Assembly: GCA_964581465.1 (NCBI GenBank)
Contig: CAZOOP010000006.1
Location: forward strand, 13,766 to 77,765
DNA length: 64,000 nucleotides
Source: an uncultured bacterium
GTDB lineage: Bacteria > RBG-13-66-14
Reading direction: 5' to 3'
Shown here: one piece after another, positions 9,886 to 19,642 of the stretch
Numbering within the stretch: position 1 is the first letter of the stretch
Layout: each line of letters begins with the position of its first letter
The notes under the pieces: model-generated
Databases searched by the model: none
Seen by the model: only the letters and a program-made list of their open reading frames with translations
What the model was told of the DNA's origin: nothing
Made by a program: the position numbers and the translations under genes

Positions 9886-10758
9886 TTGCCCGCCACCGAC
9901 CGCCCCCGTCATCCCCGCTGGTTGCGCCGCCCGCCGCCGGATGTTCCCCGGCTGGGCGAGGTGCGCCGCACCCTGCGCCGCCTGCGCCTGCACACGGTCT
10001 GCGAAGGCGCCCGCTGCCCCAACCGCGCCGAGTGCTACGGCGCCGGCAACGCCACCTTCATGATCCTGGGCGAGCGTTGCACGCGCGACTGCGCCTTCTG
10101 CTCGGTGCCCCACGGACCCCGGAGCGCCCCCGAAGCCGACGAGCCCGCCCGCCTGGCCGAGGCCGTCGCCGACTGGGGCCTCGACTACGTCGTGATCACC
10201 TCGGTCACCCGGGACGACCTGCCCGACGGCGGCGCCGGGGCCTTCGCCGAGACCGTCGAAGCCCTCGGCGGTCTGACCCAGCCGCCCCTGGTCGAGCTGC
10301 TGATCCCCGACTTCGGCGGAGACCCGGCCGCCCTGAAGCGCGTCATCGCGGCCCGACCCGGCGTGCTCGGCCACAACGTGGAAACCGTCCCCCGCCTCTA
10401 CCCCAGCCTGCGCAACGGCGCCGACTACTCGCGCTCGCTTGATGTGCTGGGGCGGACCGCCGTCGCCGGCCTGATCGCCAAGAGCGGCCTGATGTGCGGC
10501 CTGGGCGAGACCCGGGACGAACTGCGCGCCGTCTTCGACGACCTGGCCGCCGCCGGGGTGCGCATCCTGACCCTGGGGCAGTATTTGCAACCCACTCCGC
10601 GCCAGCGCCCCGTCGAGCGCCACCTGCCCCCCGACGAGTTCGACAATCTCGCCGAGGATGCCCGCCGGCACGGCATCCCCGTGGTGGCCTCCGGACCCCT
10701 GGTGCGCAGCTCCTACCGCGCCCGGCACTACTACGAGCTGGCGCGATCTCAAGAGTAG
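9886..10758 (+). CDS. lipA: lipoyl synthase
   Basis: Both clusters are present: CEGARCPNRAEC and the radical-SAM motif CTRDCAFCSV. The start is TTG. Confidence 0.9.
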   Translation: MPATDRPRHPRWLRRPPPDVPRLGEVRRTLRRLRLHTVCEGARCPNRAECYGAGNATFMILGERCTRDCAFCSVPHGPRSAPEADEPARLAEAVADWGLDYVVITSVTRDDLPDGGAGAFAETVEALGGLTQPPLVELLIPDFGGDPAALKRVIAARPGVLGHNVETVPRLYPSLRNGADYSRSLDVLGRTAVAGLIAKSGLMCGLGETRDELRAVFDDLAAAGVRILTLGQYLQPTPRQRPVERHLPPDEFDNLAEDARRHGIPVVASGPLVRSSYRARHYYELARSQE

Positions 10759-11090
10759 CGGGTTTAGCGGGCTCTCCGGACCGTCACTTGTCGGCTGAGA
10801 GCCGCTAGGTCGCCCTCGACCGGGAAAGCTTGTCCCAAGACTGTTCGCAGCCGACCCGGGCGCCGGCCCGGTGTTCCCCCAAGGATTATCTTGCGCATGT
10901 GATGCTACCAACACACTTTTCATGGCCCCTGCTTGCGACACGGATTGCCGACCTCAGCTAGACTGATTACAAAAACGACGTATCCAACAGCTCAGCAGTC
11001 GCCGATCAGGCCCGCTCATGGGCGAACGGCCGACCAAAACCCTTTCCGACCCCCGAACACCTGCGCACGTCGCCAACCCCGGGAGGTAAG

Positions 11091-11642
11091 ATGAAGATAA
11101 ACATCGTCGGGCGTCACTTCGAGATCACCGACGCGGTGAAGAAATACGTCCAGGACCGTCTGGAGAAGATCCGCAAGCATTTCGACCGTGTCATGGATGT
11201 CAACGTCACCCTCAACGTCGAGAAGTACCGCAACATCGCCGACATCGACATCAACGTCAACGGCGTCAACATGCACTGTGAAGAGCAGACCGGCGACATG
11301 TACACCTCCATCGACCTGGCCGTGGACAAGATCGACCGCCAGGTCCGGCGTTACAAGGAGAAGCTCCAGCGGCGCAAGCGCCACGCCAAGAAGGTCATCG
11401 CCGAGATGCCCCAGGTGACCTACGAGCTGCTCGAACCCGACGCCGGTGAGCTGGACGAGGAGGAGCGCAAGATCATCAAGAGCGAGCGGCACATGGTCAA
11501 GCCGATGACCCTGGACGAGGCCGTGATGCAAATGGACTTGAACAACGTCGACTTCTACGTCTTCACCAACGCGGGCACCCAACGCCTCAACGTAGTCTAC
11601 CGCCGCGCCGACGGCAACGTGGGCTGGATCGCCCAGGACTGA
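11091..11642 (+). CDS. hpf: ribosome hibernation promoting factor (long form)
   Basis: MKINIVGRHFEITDAVKKYV... is a sigma54-modulation/S30AE-type N-domain, followed by a C-terminal dimerisation domain. An RBS GGGAGG lies upstream. Confidence 0.9.
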   Translation: MKINIVGRHFEITDAVKKYVQDRLEKIRKHFDRVMDVNVTLNVEKYRNIADIDINVNGVNMHCEEQTGDMYTSIDLAVDKIDRQVRRYKEKLQRRKRHAKKVIAEMPQVTYELLEPDAGELDEEERKIIKSERHMVKPMTLDEAVMQMDLNNVDFYVFTNAGTQRLNVVYRRADGNVGWIAQD

Positions 11643-11686
11643 GACGGGATCGCCGACCACGACCGTTCGTCGCGAGTGGTTAAGCG

Positions 11687-11710
11687 AAAGGGGCGCCGAA
11701 GCGCCCCTTT
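11687..11710. terminator. bidirectional hairpin between convergent hpf and lipoprotein genes
   Basis: AAAGGGGCGC-CGAA-GCGCCCCTTT. Confidence 0.65.
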
Positions 11711-11729
11711 GCCGTTGCCCGCTACTGGC

Positions 11730-12218
11730 CTAATAGAACTCCAGAATCGCCTCGACCACGTGGATATAGGACTTGTCGCTGCAATACTTGGGGGCGTAGA
11801 CCTTGAAGTCGTTGGAGCGGTCGCCGTAGCTGACCTCGATTTCGTAGGTCGACTTGTTGCGGATCTCGACGCTGGAATCGGAGTAGAGCTCCCAGATGTT
11901 GTTGGCCTCGAGCACGTCCCAGAGGGGGTAGCCCCGCCAGGCCGGCAGGTTGACCTCTTCGTGGTCGATGTGACCCAGCTCGTTCTCGGAGAGGTACTCG
12001 TAGAGGATATCGCCGTCACCCTTGTACTCGATGGTCCACTCCTTGTAGCGGATCTCGTTCATCTGGAAGCCGCCGGTGACCCGCATGAAGATGGAGAAAG
12101 GCATCAGCGGCTCGCGATCGGCGTACTCGGAGGGATCGGGCTGCTTGCGCGGCATGCAGCCGACCAGGGTCAACAGGATCAGGGCCGCGACGAGGGTCAG
12201 CAGGATCGTATTGCGCAT
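11730..12218 (-). CDS. lipoprotein, unknown function (paralogue of 12881..13399)
   Basis: Lipobox LTLVGC follows a signal peptide. It shares TGG...FKVYAP(K/R)...(V/I)V(E/D)AI(L/Q)EF with the neighbouring gene. Confidence 0.65.
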   Translation of the reverse strand: MRNTILLTLVAALILLTLVGCMPRKQPDPSEYADREPLMPFSIFMRVTGGFQMNEIRYKEWTIEYKGDGDILYEYLSENELGHIDHEEVNLPAWRGYPLWDVLEANNIWELYSDSSVEIRNKSTYEIEVSYGDRSNDFKVYAPKYCSDKSYIHVVEAILEFY

Positions 12219-12280
12219 GGATCGCTCCTCGGATTGTGGTTAAGCAGGTCGTCGGCCGTCATCGACCGGTGTTTTTCGAA

Positions 12281-12617
12281 GGGATCATCACGGAAGATGA
12301 ACAACACATTCGCAACTCAGGAAAGCCACAGCGAGAATGATGCTTGGAGATTAGCCTAGGCGGTGCGATAACCAGCGAAGGCGGATAACGGACGAAGCTG
12401 CTAAAGCGAGCAATGGAGCGTCGTCAGCAGGTCCTCACCCACAGCCTGGTCGGTTGCTGAGCGGAACCAACAGCCTCCGGCTTCCAGCGGAACCAAAGGG
12501 AAGCCCAGGAATATCGCCACCTGGCAGTGGGATAAGAGTAGCGGCGAGTATGAACTATAAAGCAATGAATGATAATCTATTAGCTGGATGAGTCGGTTCT
12601 TTTGCGAGTGATAATCC
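12281..12617 (+). mobile_element. R-type element copy R1 (shortest copy)
   Basis: Starts GGGATCATCAC and ends GTGATAATCC. The flanks TTTTCGAA / AATTCGAG look like a decayed duplication. It sits inside a degenerate E-type remnant whose end lies near 12685. Confidence 0.85.
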
Positions 12618-12880
12618 AAATTCGAGAGGTGTCGGTCAGCTTGTAGAGATCAAATCAGACGGACCGGAGTCGGCGACAATGCGCCGCCGCGTCGTAGCAA
12701 ACGAGTTTTTTCATCCACCCATAATCGAGCCGTAACAGAGCCGTCGGATAATCAGGTCGCCTTTAGGTCGATATGCCGGGATCCATCGACGTAAAGCCCT
12801 GACTGAGAACACGTCGGGGTACTACACTCTCGTAGGTAGAATCAACTACCAGTGGCGTCAATAGCGAGGGTCGCGCGAGC

Positions 12881-13399
12881 TTACTCGGCCGTTCCTTCTG
12901 CGGTTTCGTCGGACGTGGTCGCCTCGTCATCGGCCTCGGAGCTTTCGGTGCAAAACTCCTGGATGGCGTCGACGATCACACCGTAGCGCTCGTCGGCCTG
13001 AAAGCGGGGCGCGTAGACCTTGAAGCCGTAGTTGTACAGGCCGTCGTTGAGGGTGACCGTGTAGGTAAACTGGTCGGTGATGCCAAGGTAGCCGGCGTTC
13101 TCCAGCTCCTCGATGCCGTTTTGCACCAGGAGATTGTAGAGGGCCTGGAGCTCCTCCCGACCGCGAACGCCCTCGGTGACGCGCAGCGGTCCGGAGAGGG
13201 GTTCCTCCTCGATGCTCCAGGAGGCGTCTTCGCCCTCGAGGCTGATGATATAATCACGGGCGGCGATCTCGGACAGACCGCCGGTCATGTACATGGTGAT
13301 CTCCAGCTCCTCGGGCAGCTCGCGGCAGCCCGTGAGGGTCAGGAGAGTCAGAACGGCGGTGGTGATGATTACAAACCACCGGGTAAGGTTGGGAGTCAT
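12881..13399 (-). CDS. lipoprotein, unknown function, acidic C-terminus
   Basis: Lipobox LTLTGC; paralogous to 11730..12218. Confidence 0.65.
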   Translation of the reverse strand: MTPNLTRWFVIITTAVLTLLTLTGCRELPEELEITMYMTGGLSEIAARDYIISLEGEDASWSIEEEPLSGPLRVTEGVRGREELQALYNLLVQNGIEELENAGYLGITDQFTYTVTLNDGLYNYGFKVYAPRFQADERYGVIVDAIQEFCTESSEADDEATTSDETAEGTAE

Positions 13400-13533
13400 G
13401 GGTATCCTTGGGGTTCTTCGTTTGGGGGAGCGGATGACCGGCTTTGGAAACCAGAAAGCTCTACGGCTGGGGATTGTCGTTCGTATTTGAACAGGTGCAA
13501 TTAACCGGCGCTTGCCACAGGGGTTTTCCCGAA

Positions 13534-14521
13534 GGCATCATGGAGCTTGTTCGGACCAGTTCGGGCTGCCGGGGAGCGGCTTGCTGGACCGCTATGCCCT
13601 TCTGGAAATGCGCCGTCCACGGCCGATAGAACGCTGTGAATACGCTGATCAACTGCTGATATGCTGATAAGTCACTTACCAGCCGATGACAATCCGCCGT
13701 CAGGTGGGGGATCGAAGAATGCCGGCGGCGGAAGATCCCCCAGCTCGCGCTTCGATTACCCGCCCCTTTTCTACTTGCAGTTTCCTGACAGATACTTGTA
13801 ACGCATTATAGAATTAGCGATCACTAAGCGGCAACGGACCGCAGTATTACTGGGTGCCATTTAGACAAAAACAGTTAGAATATTAACAGGTGTGCGCATC
13901 GAGCTAGGTGCTCGTGGCAGGTACGTGGATTACCAGATGCCTTGGCTGCCCGTAGCAACGGCACATACTATAAGGGATCATCACAGAAGATGAACAACAC
14001 ATTCGCAACTCAGGAAAGCCACAGCGAGAATGATGCTTGGAGATTAGCCTCAGCGGGGCGTCAACCAGCGAGGGCGGATAACGGACGAAGCTGCTAAAGC
14101 GAGCAATGGAGCGCCGTCAACAGATCCTTAACCCACAGCCTGGTTTAATCCTGAGCGGTACCAACAGCCTCCGGCTTCCGGTTTCCAGCGGAACTCAATG
14201 GAAGACGAACTCAATGGAAGACCGGGTTTAGCGCCGTCATGCATTGGTATGACAATGCAACGGTATGATAGTGGCGGCGACTATGAGCTATAAAGCGTTG
14301 AATGACAGTCTATTAGCTGGATGAGTCGGTTCCGGTGCGAGTGATAATCCCTACTATAATTATGCTTGAAGCCGTTGGCCTTGTCGCAACCGCTTTTTCG
14401 AAGGAGGTCGGAGTTTCGTGTTGGACTGAGCTGGTCCGCAATCGTGTGTGATGCCTAAAACTATCACAGGATACGCCACAGGATACAATCATGATCGGGT
14501 CCGAAGAGGGTATCCGATCCC
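13534..14521 (+). mobile_element. X-type MITE interrupted by an E-type element (about 13820..14453, minus) that is itself interrupted by R2
   Basis: The X left end GGCATCATGGAGCTTGTTCGGACC is at 13534 and the X right end GGTCCGAAGAGGGTATCCGATCCC ends at 14521. E ends lie at about 13838-13868 and 14425-14453. The residual X length is about 350 bp. Confidence 0.7.
13974..14351 (+). mobile_element. R-type element copy R2 with perfect 8-bp target duplication
   Basis: GGGATCATCAC...GTGATAATCCC is flanked on both sides by TACTATAA. Confidence 0.9.
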
Positions 14522-14916
14522 TTGGCAGCTGCATAATCGTTGAGCCCTACAGCAAAATGGGATGGACAAGGCGGCAGTGACGGCCCAGCCCCAATAACCG
14601 ATCGAATAGCTACTCGAAACAGCGGTCCTGGAACATCGCATCAGCGTCGTGTTGCCCCCTTGTCTATACGGGTCGCCAGTCAACCAGCCGGACCCCGCCG
14701 CTTAGCGGATCGTTTCAATGGATCGATCCCGAATGCCTCCGGCATGGCCGGGAAGCGACGGATGACCGCGCCTAAACACCTGATCATTCAGTCTGGAAGT
14801 GGGAGAAACCGGTTCTGTTTCAGGTGAAGTCCCCGCGCTCTCAGTCCTTCGAGTAACACGCTCTTGGAACGCCGTGCCGACGAAGAGGACATATCGGTGA
14901 AAGGTTCGGACGAACA

Positions 14917-15363
14917 ATGAGCAAAAGGCCCTGGTACGCCCCCCGGGGGCTGCGCTTCGCTTGCCGTCCCGGCTGCGCCCACTGCTGCCGCGGCGAGCCC
15001 GGCGTGGTCTACGTCACACGGTCCGAGCGCCGACGGATGGCCGAGCATCTGGGGCTGGAGGAGGACGAGTTCCGCCGTCGACACTGCCGCCGGGTCGGGC
15101 TCAACCGCTGGTCGCTGCGCGAGCGAGTCGACGGCGATTGTGTTTTCCTGGATCCTCACAGCGGCCGCTGCGGTGTTTACCAGGTCCGGCCGAGTCAGTG
15201 TCGCAGCTATCCCTTTTGGCCCAGCATCCTGGCCGACCAGGCCTCCTGGGAGGGGGAGAAGCTCAACTGTCCGGGGATCGGCCGAGGCCGGCTGTTCACT
15301 CCCGGAGAGATCCGTCGGCTGAGCCGCTCCGCCGACGGCGCGACGGATCATGAGGGCTGGTGA
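14917..15363 (+). CDS. YkgJ-family cysteine-cluster (Fe/Zn-binding) protein
   Basis: Motifs CRPGCAHCC...CVFLD...GRCGVYQVRPSQCRSYPFW are typical of UPF0153/YkgJ. Confidence 0.75.
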   Translation: MSKRPWYAPRGLRFACRPGCAHCCRGEPGVVYVTRSERRRMAEHLGLEEDEFRRRHCRRVGLNRWSLRERVDGDCVFLDPHSGRCGVYQVRPSQCRSYPFWPSILADQASWEGEKLNCPGIGRGRLFTPGEIRRLSRSADGATDHEGW

Positions 15364-15388
15364 AAGGGCCTCGCCGTCGGAATCCTCA

Positions 15389-15432
15389 AGCGAGAAGCCG
15401 GAAGCGAGAAGCTGGAAGCGAGAAGCCGGAAG
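15389..15432. repeat. 3 x 14-bp tandem repeat AGCGAGAAGC(C/T)GGA
   Basis: Read directly from the sequence between ykgJ and tsaB. Confidence 0.9.
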
Positions 15433-15537
15433 TCGTCTCCACCATTATAAACCTTTACTTGTCGAATGCCCAACGTGGAGCAAATCGCCCTCTCGGTGAA
15501 GATAACGAACCACCCGTCGACGGACTGTTTATGCGGA

Positions 15538-16194
15538 TCAGCGGCCCTCCAGCGGTTTGGCGGGGGGCCGTTTGAGGTAGAGGGGCCGGGCAGCGAGGGG
15601 ATCGAGCCGCGCATCGTCTTCGATTCGCATCAGCGTCGCCTCGGCCAGGGGGCGGGGTCGCAGGGTAGCGAAGCCCTTTAGGAGCCGCTCCGGGGCCAGT
15701 CGCTCCGAGAGGGATTCGGGGATCAGTCCCAGGTAAACCTCGGCCGGGCGTTGTTCCAGCAGCAGGTCGAGGTTCATCAGCGCCGGTTCCTCCAGGGGCT
15801 CGCCACCGCGAAAGCGCCGCACGTAAACGAGCCCGCGCCCGGCGCCGAGGAGCGCGCCCACGGTCTCCTCCGGGCACAAGCGTTCCCGGGCGGCGTGGTG
15901 CAGTACGCTCAGGCTGTCCAGGCCGAGCAGGGCCGCGCCCGAGGCCTCGACAAGAGCCAGGGCGGCGGCCAGGCCGACACGGATGCCGGTGAAGGAGCCC
16001 GGACCGAGACAGACGGCCACGTAAGCAAGGTCCCGCGCCGACAGGCCGCCCCGCTCCAGACAGTGACGCGCCGCCGGCAGCAGGCCGCGTCCGCCGGTAA
16101 CCTCGGGTGGGTACTCCTCTACATGAACGGCGTCGTCGCTGATAAGACATGCTCCGCCGCCGCGGGTCGCGCAGGCCAGGGCCAACAGCTTCAT
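15538..16194 (-). CDS. tsaB: tRNA t6A biosynthesis protein TsaB
   Basis: MKLLALA...VAVCLGPGSFTGIRVGLAAA is the YeaZ/TsaB motif. The start is an ATG overlapping the tsaE stop (ATGA). Confidence 0.85.
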   Translation of the reverse strand: MKLLALACATRGGGACLISDDAVHVEEYPPEVTGGRGLLPAARHCLERGGLSARDLAYVAVCLGPGSFTGIRVGLAAALALVEASGAALLGLDSLSVLHHAARERLCPEETVGALLGAGRGLVYVRRFRGGEPLEEPALMNLDLLLEQRPAEVYLGLIPESLSERLAPERLLKGFATLRPRPLAEATLMRIEDDARLDPLAARPLYLKRPPAKPLEGR

Positions 16195-16667
16195 CGGAAG
16201 TCCTCGGGAAAGGGCGCGGCCAACAGGTGGGAGGGGCCGTCGGGCGAACAGCGCAGGCTGATCTCCCGGCCCGTCGCCGGTGGGACGGCGAAATCCAGCT
16301 CGATCGACAGCGATACAACGGAGAAGACCGCGCGTTCGGGCCACTCCACGGCCAGGACGCCCTCAGGTCCGGGCAGTTCATCGAGTCCCAACTGGGCCGC
16401 CTCCTCTTCCTCGCCGCCCAGACGGTAGAGGTCGGCGTGGTGCAGGGTAAGGCGGCCGCGCAGGCGGCGGATGAGCTGGAAGGTCGGGCTGCGCACACCG
16501 CGATGAATCCCCAAACCCGCTCCCAGACCGCGCACCAGCGTGGTCTTGCCCGCTCCCAGGGGGCCGCTGAGCAGCAGCGTCTCGCCACCGCGGCAGCGCG
16601 CGCCGAGCAGACGCCCCAGGGTGAGGGCGGCGGCGACATCGGGCAGACGGCGGCGCAGTTCGATCAT
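16191..16667 (-). CDS. tsaE: tRNA t6A biosynthesis ATPase TsaE
   Basis: Walker A LSGPLGAGKTTLVRGL, then SPTF and HADLYRL motifs. The start ATG at 16667 overlaps the upstream stop. Confidence 0.85.
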   Translation of the reverse strand: MIELRRRLPDVAAALTLGRLLGARCRGGETLLLSGPLGAGKTTLVRGLGAGLGIHRGVRSPTFQLIRRLRGRLTLHHADLYRLGGEEEEAAQLGLDELPGPEGVLAVEWPERAVFSVVSLSIELDFAVPPATGREISLRCSPDGPSHLLAAPFPEDFR

Positions 16668-18547
16668 TTGAAGTACCACAATGAGCCCAGAGCCAGGCTG
16701 GAATCGCTTTCCAGACCCTTGAAGGTGATGATGACCAGGGGTTGGCCCGGAATTATCCGCACCATCAGCTCGTTCCACCTCTGCGGCTCGACCTCGTGGA
16801 ACTCCGAGCCGCCCTGTGTCTCGCTGCGGACCTCCAGCTCCGGCGTGTTCCGGTAACAGAAGCGCAGGCAGACCAGGGTCGTTTCCTGGGGTAGGGCGAG
16901 CTCGAGGCGCAGAGCGTCGGCGTTCTCGAAAACCAGGCAGGTGTCGGCCACCTCCGCGCGTCGCCCGGCGATGACCTGATCATGGACGATCAGTTCCCAG
17001 CGCGGTCGAACCCCGGCCAGGGTGTCGAAAGCCACCTGTTGAAGAGCGTCGGAATCGCCGCCGAGTTCGATGAACTCGAGCAGGCGCCGCCCCTGCAGGG
17101 CTTCGATTACCGACGGCGTCCAGAGACCGAAGCGCCGCTCCAGGGGCACCCAGTCCAGCCGCCAGAGGCCGCGTTCGCCATCGCCGTCCTCCAGTACCAG
17201 GGCGGCCAGGGGGTTGGCGGCTATCTCCTCGTGGATTCCGGGTTCGCTGACCAGGTAGCCGGGTCGGCGAAAGCGGGGGTCCATGGCGCGATCTTCAAGG
17301 ACCGTGGCGATGACGCGCGGGTACTCGCTGATCCTCGGCGGTAGGGCGCCGGAGAGATCGGCGACACGCAGGCCGCCATGCTGCAAATACAGCCCCGGGT
17401 GGAGGGTGGCCACACAACTGCGCTCCGGCAGCAGGTCCGCTGCGCGTCGCTGAAAATCGACGGCGCCCTCGGGGACGGCGTCGGATTCGAAGGCGAGCAG
17501 CCCCGGAACCACCATCAGCGACGCCGCGGCCCCGGCGATCAGGCGCCGCCGTCGTCCCCCCGTCCGTTGAGCGCTCCAGATAACCACCGCCGTGACCACC
17601 AGGGGGCTCAACCAAAGCAGGATCAGACCATCGCCGCGCATCACCAACCCGCCCAGAGCCAGGGCGATTACCAGCATCGCAGCCGAGAGGCGCCAGCGCA
17701 TCCGGGGAACGGCGAAGCCCACCGTCAAGGCTACGGTAATCATGCCGATCACCGAGCCACCCAGATTGCGCACCAGGGAATGGGGCAAGGCCAGCACCAA
17801 ACCCAGGCGCTCCACCGCCCGGCCGCCCGGGGCGTCGGCGAGCGGCGTCAGGACGTCCTCCAGCGGCGGCGCGCCCCAGGCCGTGCGGGCCAGCAGGGCC
17901 CTTACCACAGCCAGGGCGCAGGGAATCAGCAGCCAGAACAGCCGGGGGCTCAACTGTTCGCCCTTGAGCGAGTCCACGGCGGGCACGGCGGCGCAGATGG
18001 CCAGAGCGGCGAACATCCCGGCGTAGGTCGTCAGCGTCAGCAGGATCACGGGCGGCACGACCACGGCGATGCGCCGCTCCAGGATACCGCAGACGGCCCA
18101 GGCCAACAACAATGCCGGCAGGGCCTGGGGATCGCCGCCGAGGACGGAGCCCACAAGGGGCGCGCAGACCAGCGCCGCGGCGACGGCGATGGCCGAGACG
18201 CGTTCCTCGGCGCCCAGCAGGCGGGCCAGGCGTCGCAGGACCAACAGCCAGCCCAGCAGCAGCAGGGCGTTGAGCAGGTGCAGGCTCCAGCGCGCCCCGG
18301 CTTTACCGCCCAACAGGCGGCCCAGGGCCAGCGGAAAGACTTGCAGCGGATCGGCGGCGGCGTCGCTGGAGGGGTCCTCGGGGTTGATCCGCAAGGACTC
18401 CCCGGCCGCCAACTGACCGGCGTAGTGCAGTTGCAGGCGGGCGGTGTCGTGCAGACCCCCGCCGGCGAGATGCCAGACGAGAACCACCAGGGCCCAGAGC
18501 AGGATCAGCCCCGCCGTCAACCAGCGCTTACGTTTCTCGGTTTCCAT
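16664..18547 (-). CDS. large polytopic membrane protein with soluble C-terminal domain, unknown function
   Basis: More than 10 hydrophobic segments. The start is taken at METEKRKRW (18547); the ORF extends to 18631. It appears translationally coupled within the mazG...tsaE...tsaB string. Confidence 0.6.
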   Translation of the reverse strand: METEKRKRWLTAGLILLWALVVLVWHLAGGGLHDTARLQLHYAGQLAAGESLRINPEDPSSDAAADPLQVFPLALGRLLGGKAGARWSLHLLNALLLLGWLLVLRRLARLLGAEERVSAIAVAAALVCAPLVGSVLGGDPQALPALLLAWAVCGILERRIAVVVPPVILLTLTTYAGMFAALAICAAVPAVDSLKGEQLSPRLFWLLIPCALAVVRALLARTAWGAPPLEDVLTPLADAPGGRAVERLGLVLALPHSLVRNLGGSVIGMITVALTVGFAVPRMRWRLSAAMLVIALALGGLVMRGDGLILLWLSPLVVTAVVIWSAQRTGGRRRRLIAGAAASLMVVPGLLAFESDAVPEGAVDFQRRAADLLPERSCVATLHPGLYLQHGGLRVADLSGALPPRISEYPRVIATVLEDRAMDPRFRRPGYLVSEPGIHEEIAANPLAALVLEDGDGERGLWRLDWVPLERRFGLWTPSVIEALQGRRLLEFIELGGDSDALQQVAFDTLAGVRPRWELIVHDQVIAGRRAEVADTCLVFENADALRLELALPQETTLVCLRFCYRNTPELEVRSETQGGSEFHEVEPQRWNELMVRIIPGQPLVIITFKGLESDSSLALGSLWYFK

Positions 18548-19370
18548 CGTCTCGTTTGGCTCGCCGCCAGGCCTCGTCCAGCTCCGCGAAACCGCAGTCG
18601 TTGAAGCGCCGCCCGCGGGCGACCAGTTCACTTTCCATCCGGCGGATCCGCCGGCGGAACTTCTCCAGGGTGCGCCGCAGGGCCAGGCCCGGGTCGATCT
18701 CCAGGAAGCGACCCAGGTTGGCCACGGTGAACAGCAGATCGCCCAGCTCGTCTTCGATCTCGGCTCGCCCGCCCCGCTTCACACTCTCACGCAGCTCGGC
18801 GAACTCCTCCTCGATCTTGCCCAGCACCCCGGCGATATCGGGCCAGTCGAAGCGGTAGTGGGCGGCCTTCTCGGCCAGGCGGACCGCGAGTAGCAAGGGC
18901 GGCGTCTTGGGCGGGACGCGCTCCAGGGCCCGGGTCAGCGGCAGGGGCGGTTCCGCGCCCTCGGCCGCCTCCTCGCCATGCTTGATCTTCTCCCAGTTGC
19001 GGATGACCGCCTCGGCGTCCTCGAGCTCGGGGCCGTCCTTGGCGAAGACATGGGGGTGACGGCAACGCATCTTGGCTCTGGCGGCCACCAGGGCGTCTTC
19101 CAGGCTGAAGCGACCCTCACGACGGGCCAGCAGACCGATGAAACAGGCCACGTAGATGACGTCGCCCAGCTCCTCGGTCATCTCGTCAGCTTCGCCCGTA
19201 GCAACGGCGTCGTAGAACTCGTAGGCCTCTTCGATCAGGTAGCGCGCCGTGGTCTCCACACTCTGAGCGCGGTCCCAGGCGCAGCCGTCGGGCGACAGCA
19301 GCGTCTCCAGGGTCCGTAGCAGCTCCTCGTAGGCCTTGGCCGTCACAGATATCTTCCTTGTCAGTGCCAT
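18528..19370 (-). CDS. mazG: nucleoside triphosphate pyrophosphohydrolase MazG
   Basis: Tandem MazG domains are present: CAWDRAQS...YLIEEAYEFYDA and EELGDLLFTVANL. The start is at the internal ATG at 19370. Confidence 0.85.
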   Translation of the reverse strand: MALTRKISVTAKAYEELLRTLETLLSPDGCAWDRAQSVETTARYLIEEAYEFYDAVATGEADEMTEELGDVIYVACFIGLLARREGRFSLEDALVAARAKMRCRHPHVFAKDGPELEDAEAVIRNWEKIKHGEEAAEGAEPPLPLTRALERVPPKTPPLLLAVRLAEKAAHYRFDWPDIAGVLGKIEEEFAELRESVKRGGRAEIEDELGDLLFTVANLGRFLEIDPGLALRRTLEKFRRRIRRMESELVARGRRFNDCGFAELDEAWRRAKRDDGNRET

Positions 19371-19642
19371 ACGGCGCCTGGATGCGAGACGACGCCGTTG
19401 GATCGCGGCCCCTGGGCCCCGAGCATTTTTGCGGTTGAGCGCCCTTTGTCGCTTCGCGCCGGTGGGCGCGGCGGTTCCGTCTGGGTCCTCCCGCGCAGTT
19501 CCGGGAACCACCCGCGGCGTGTCGGATGGGTCCGCTTCGGACGACGCGGCGAGTATACGGGGGCGCCCGGCGGGGTGTCAATCCACCGCGTTGACCCCGC
19601 GCCCGGCCTGTGCTACGCTAGCTCAATCATTCCAGCGAACGA

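Noticed and set aside
10923-10936. sigma54-like TGGCCCCTGCTTGC upstream of hpf, and a similar TTGGCTGCCCGTAGCA at about 13942-13957.
   Set aside because: The GG-to-GC spacing is one nucleotide too short relative to TGGCAC-N5-TTGC, and the second candidate also lacks the TTGC core.
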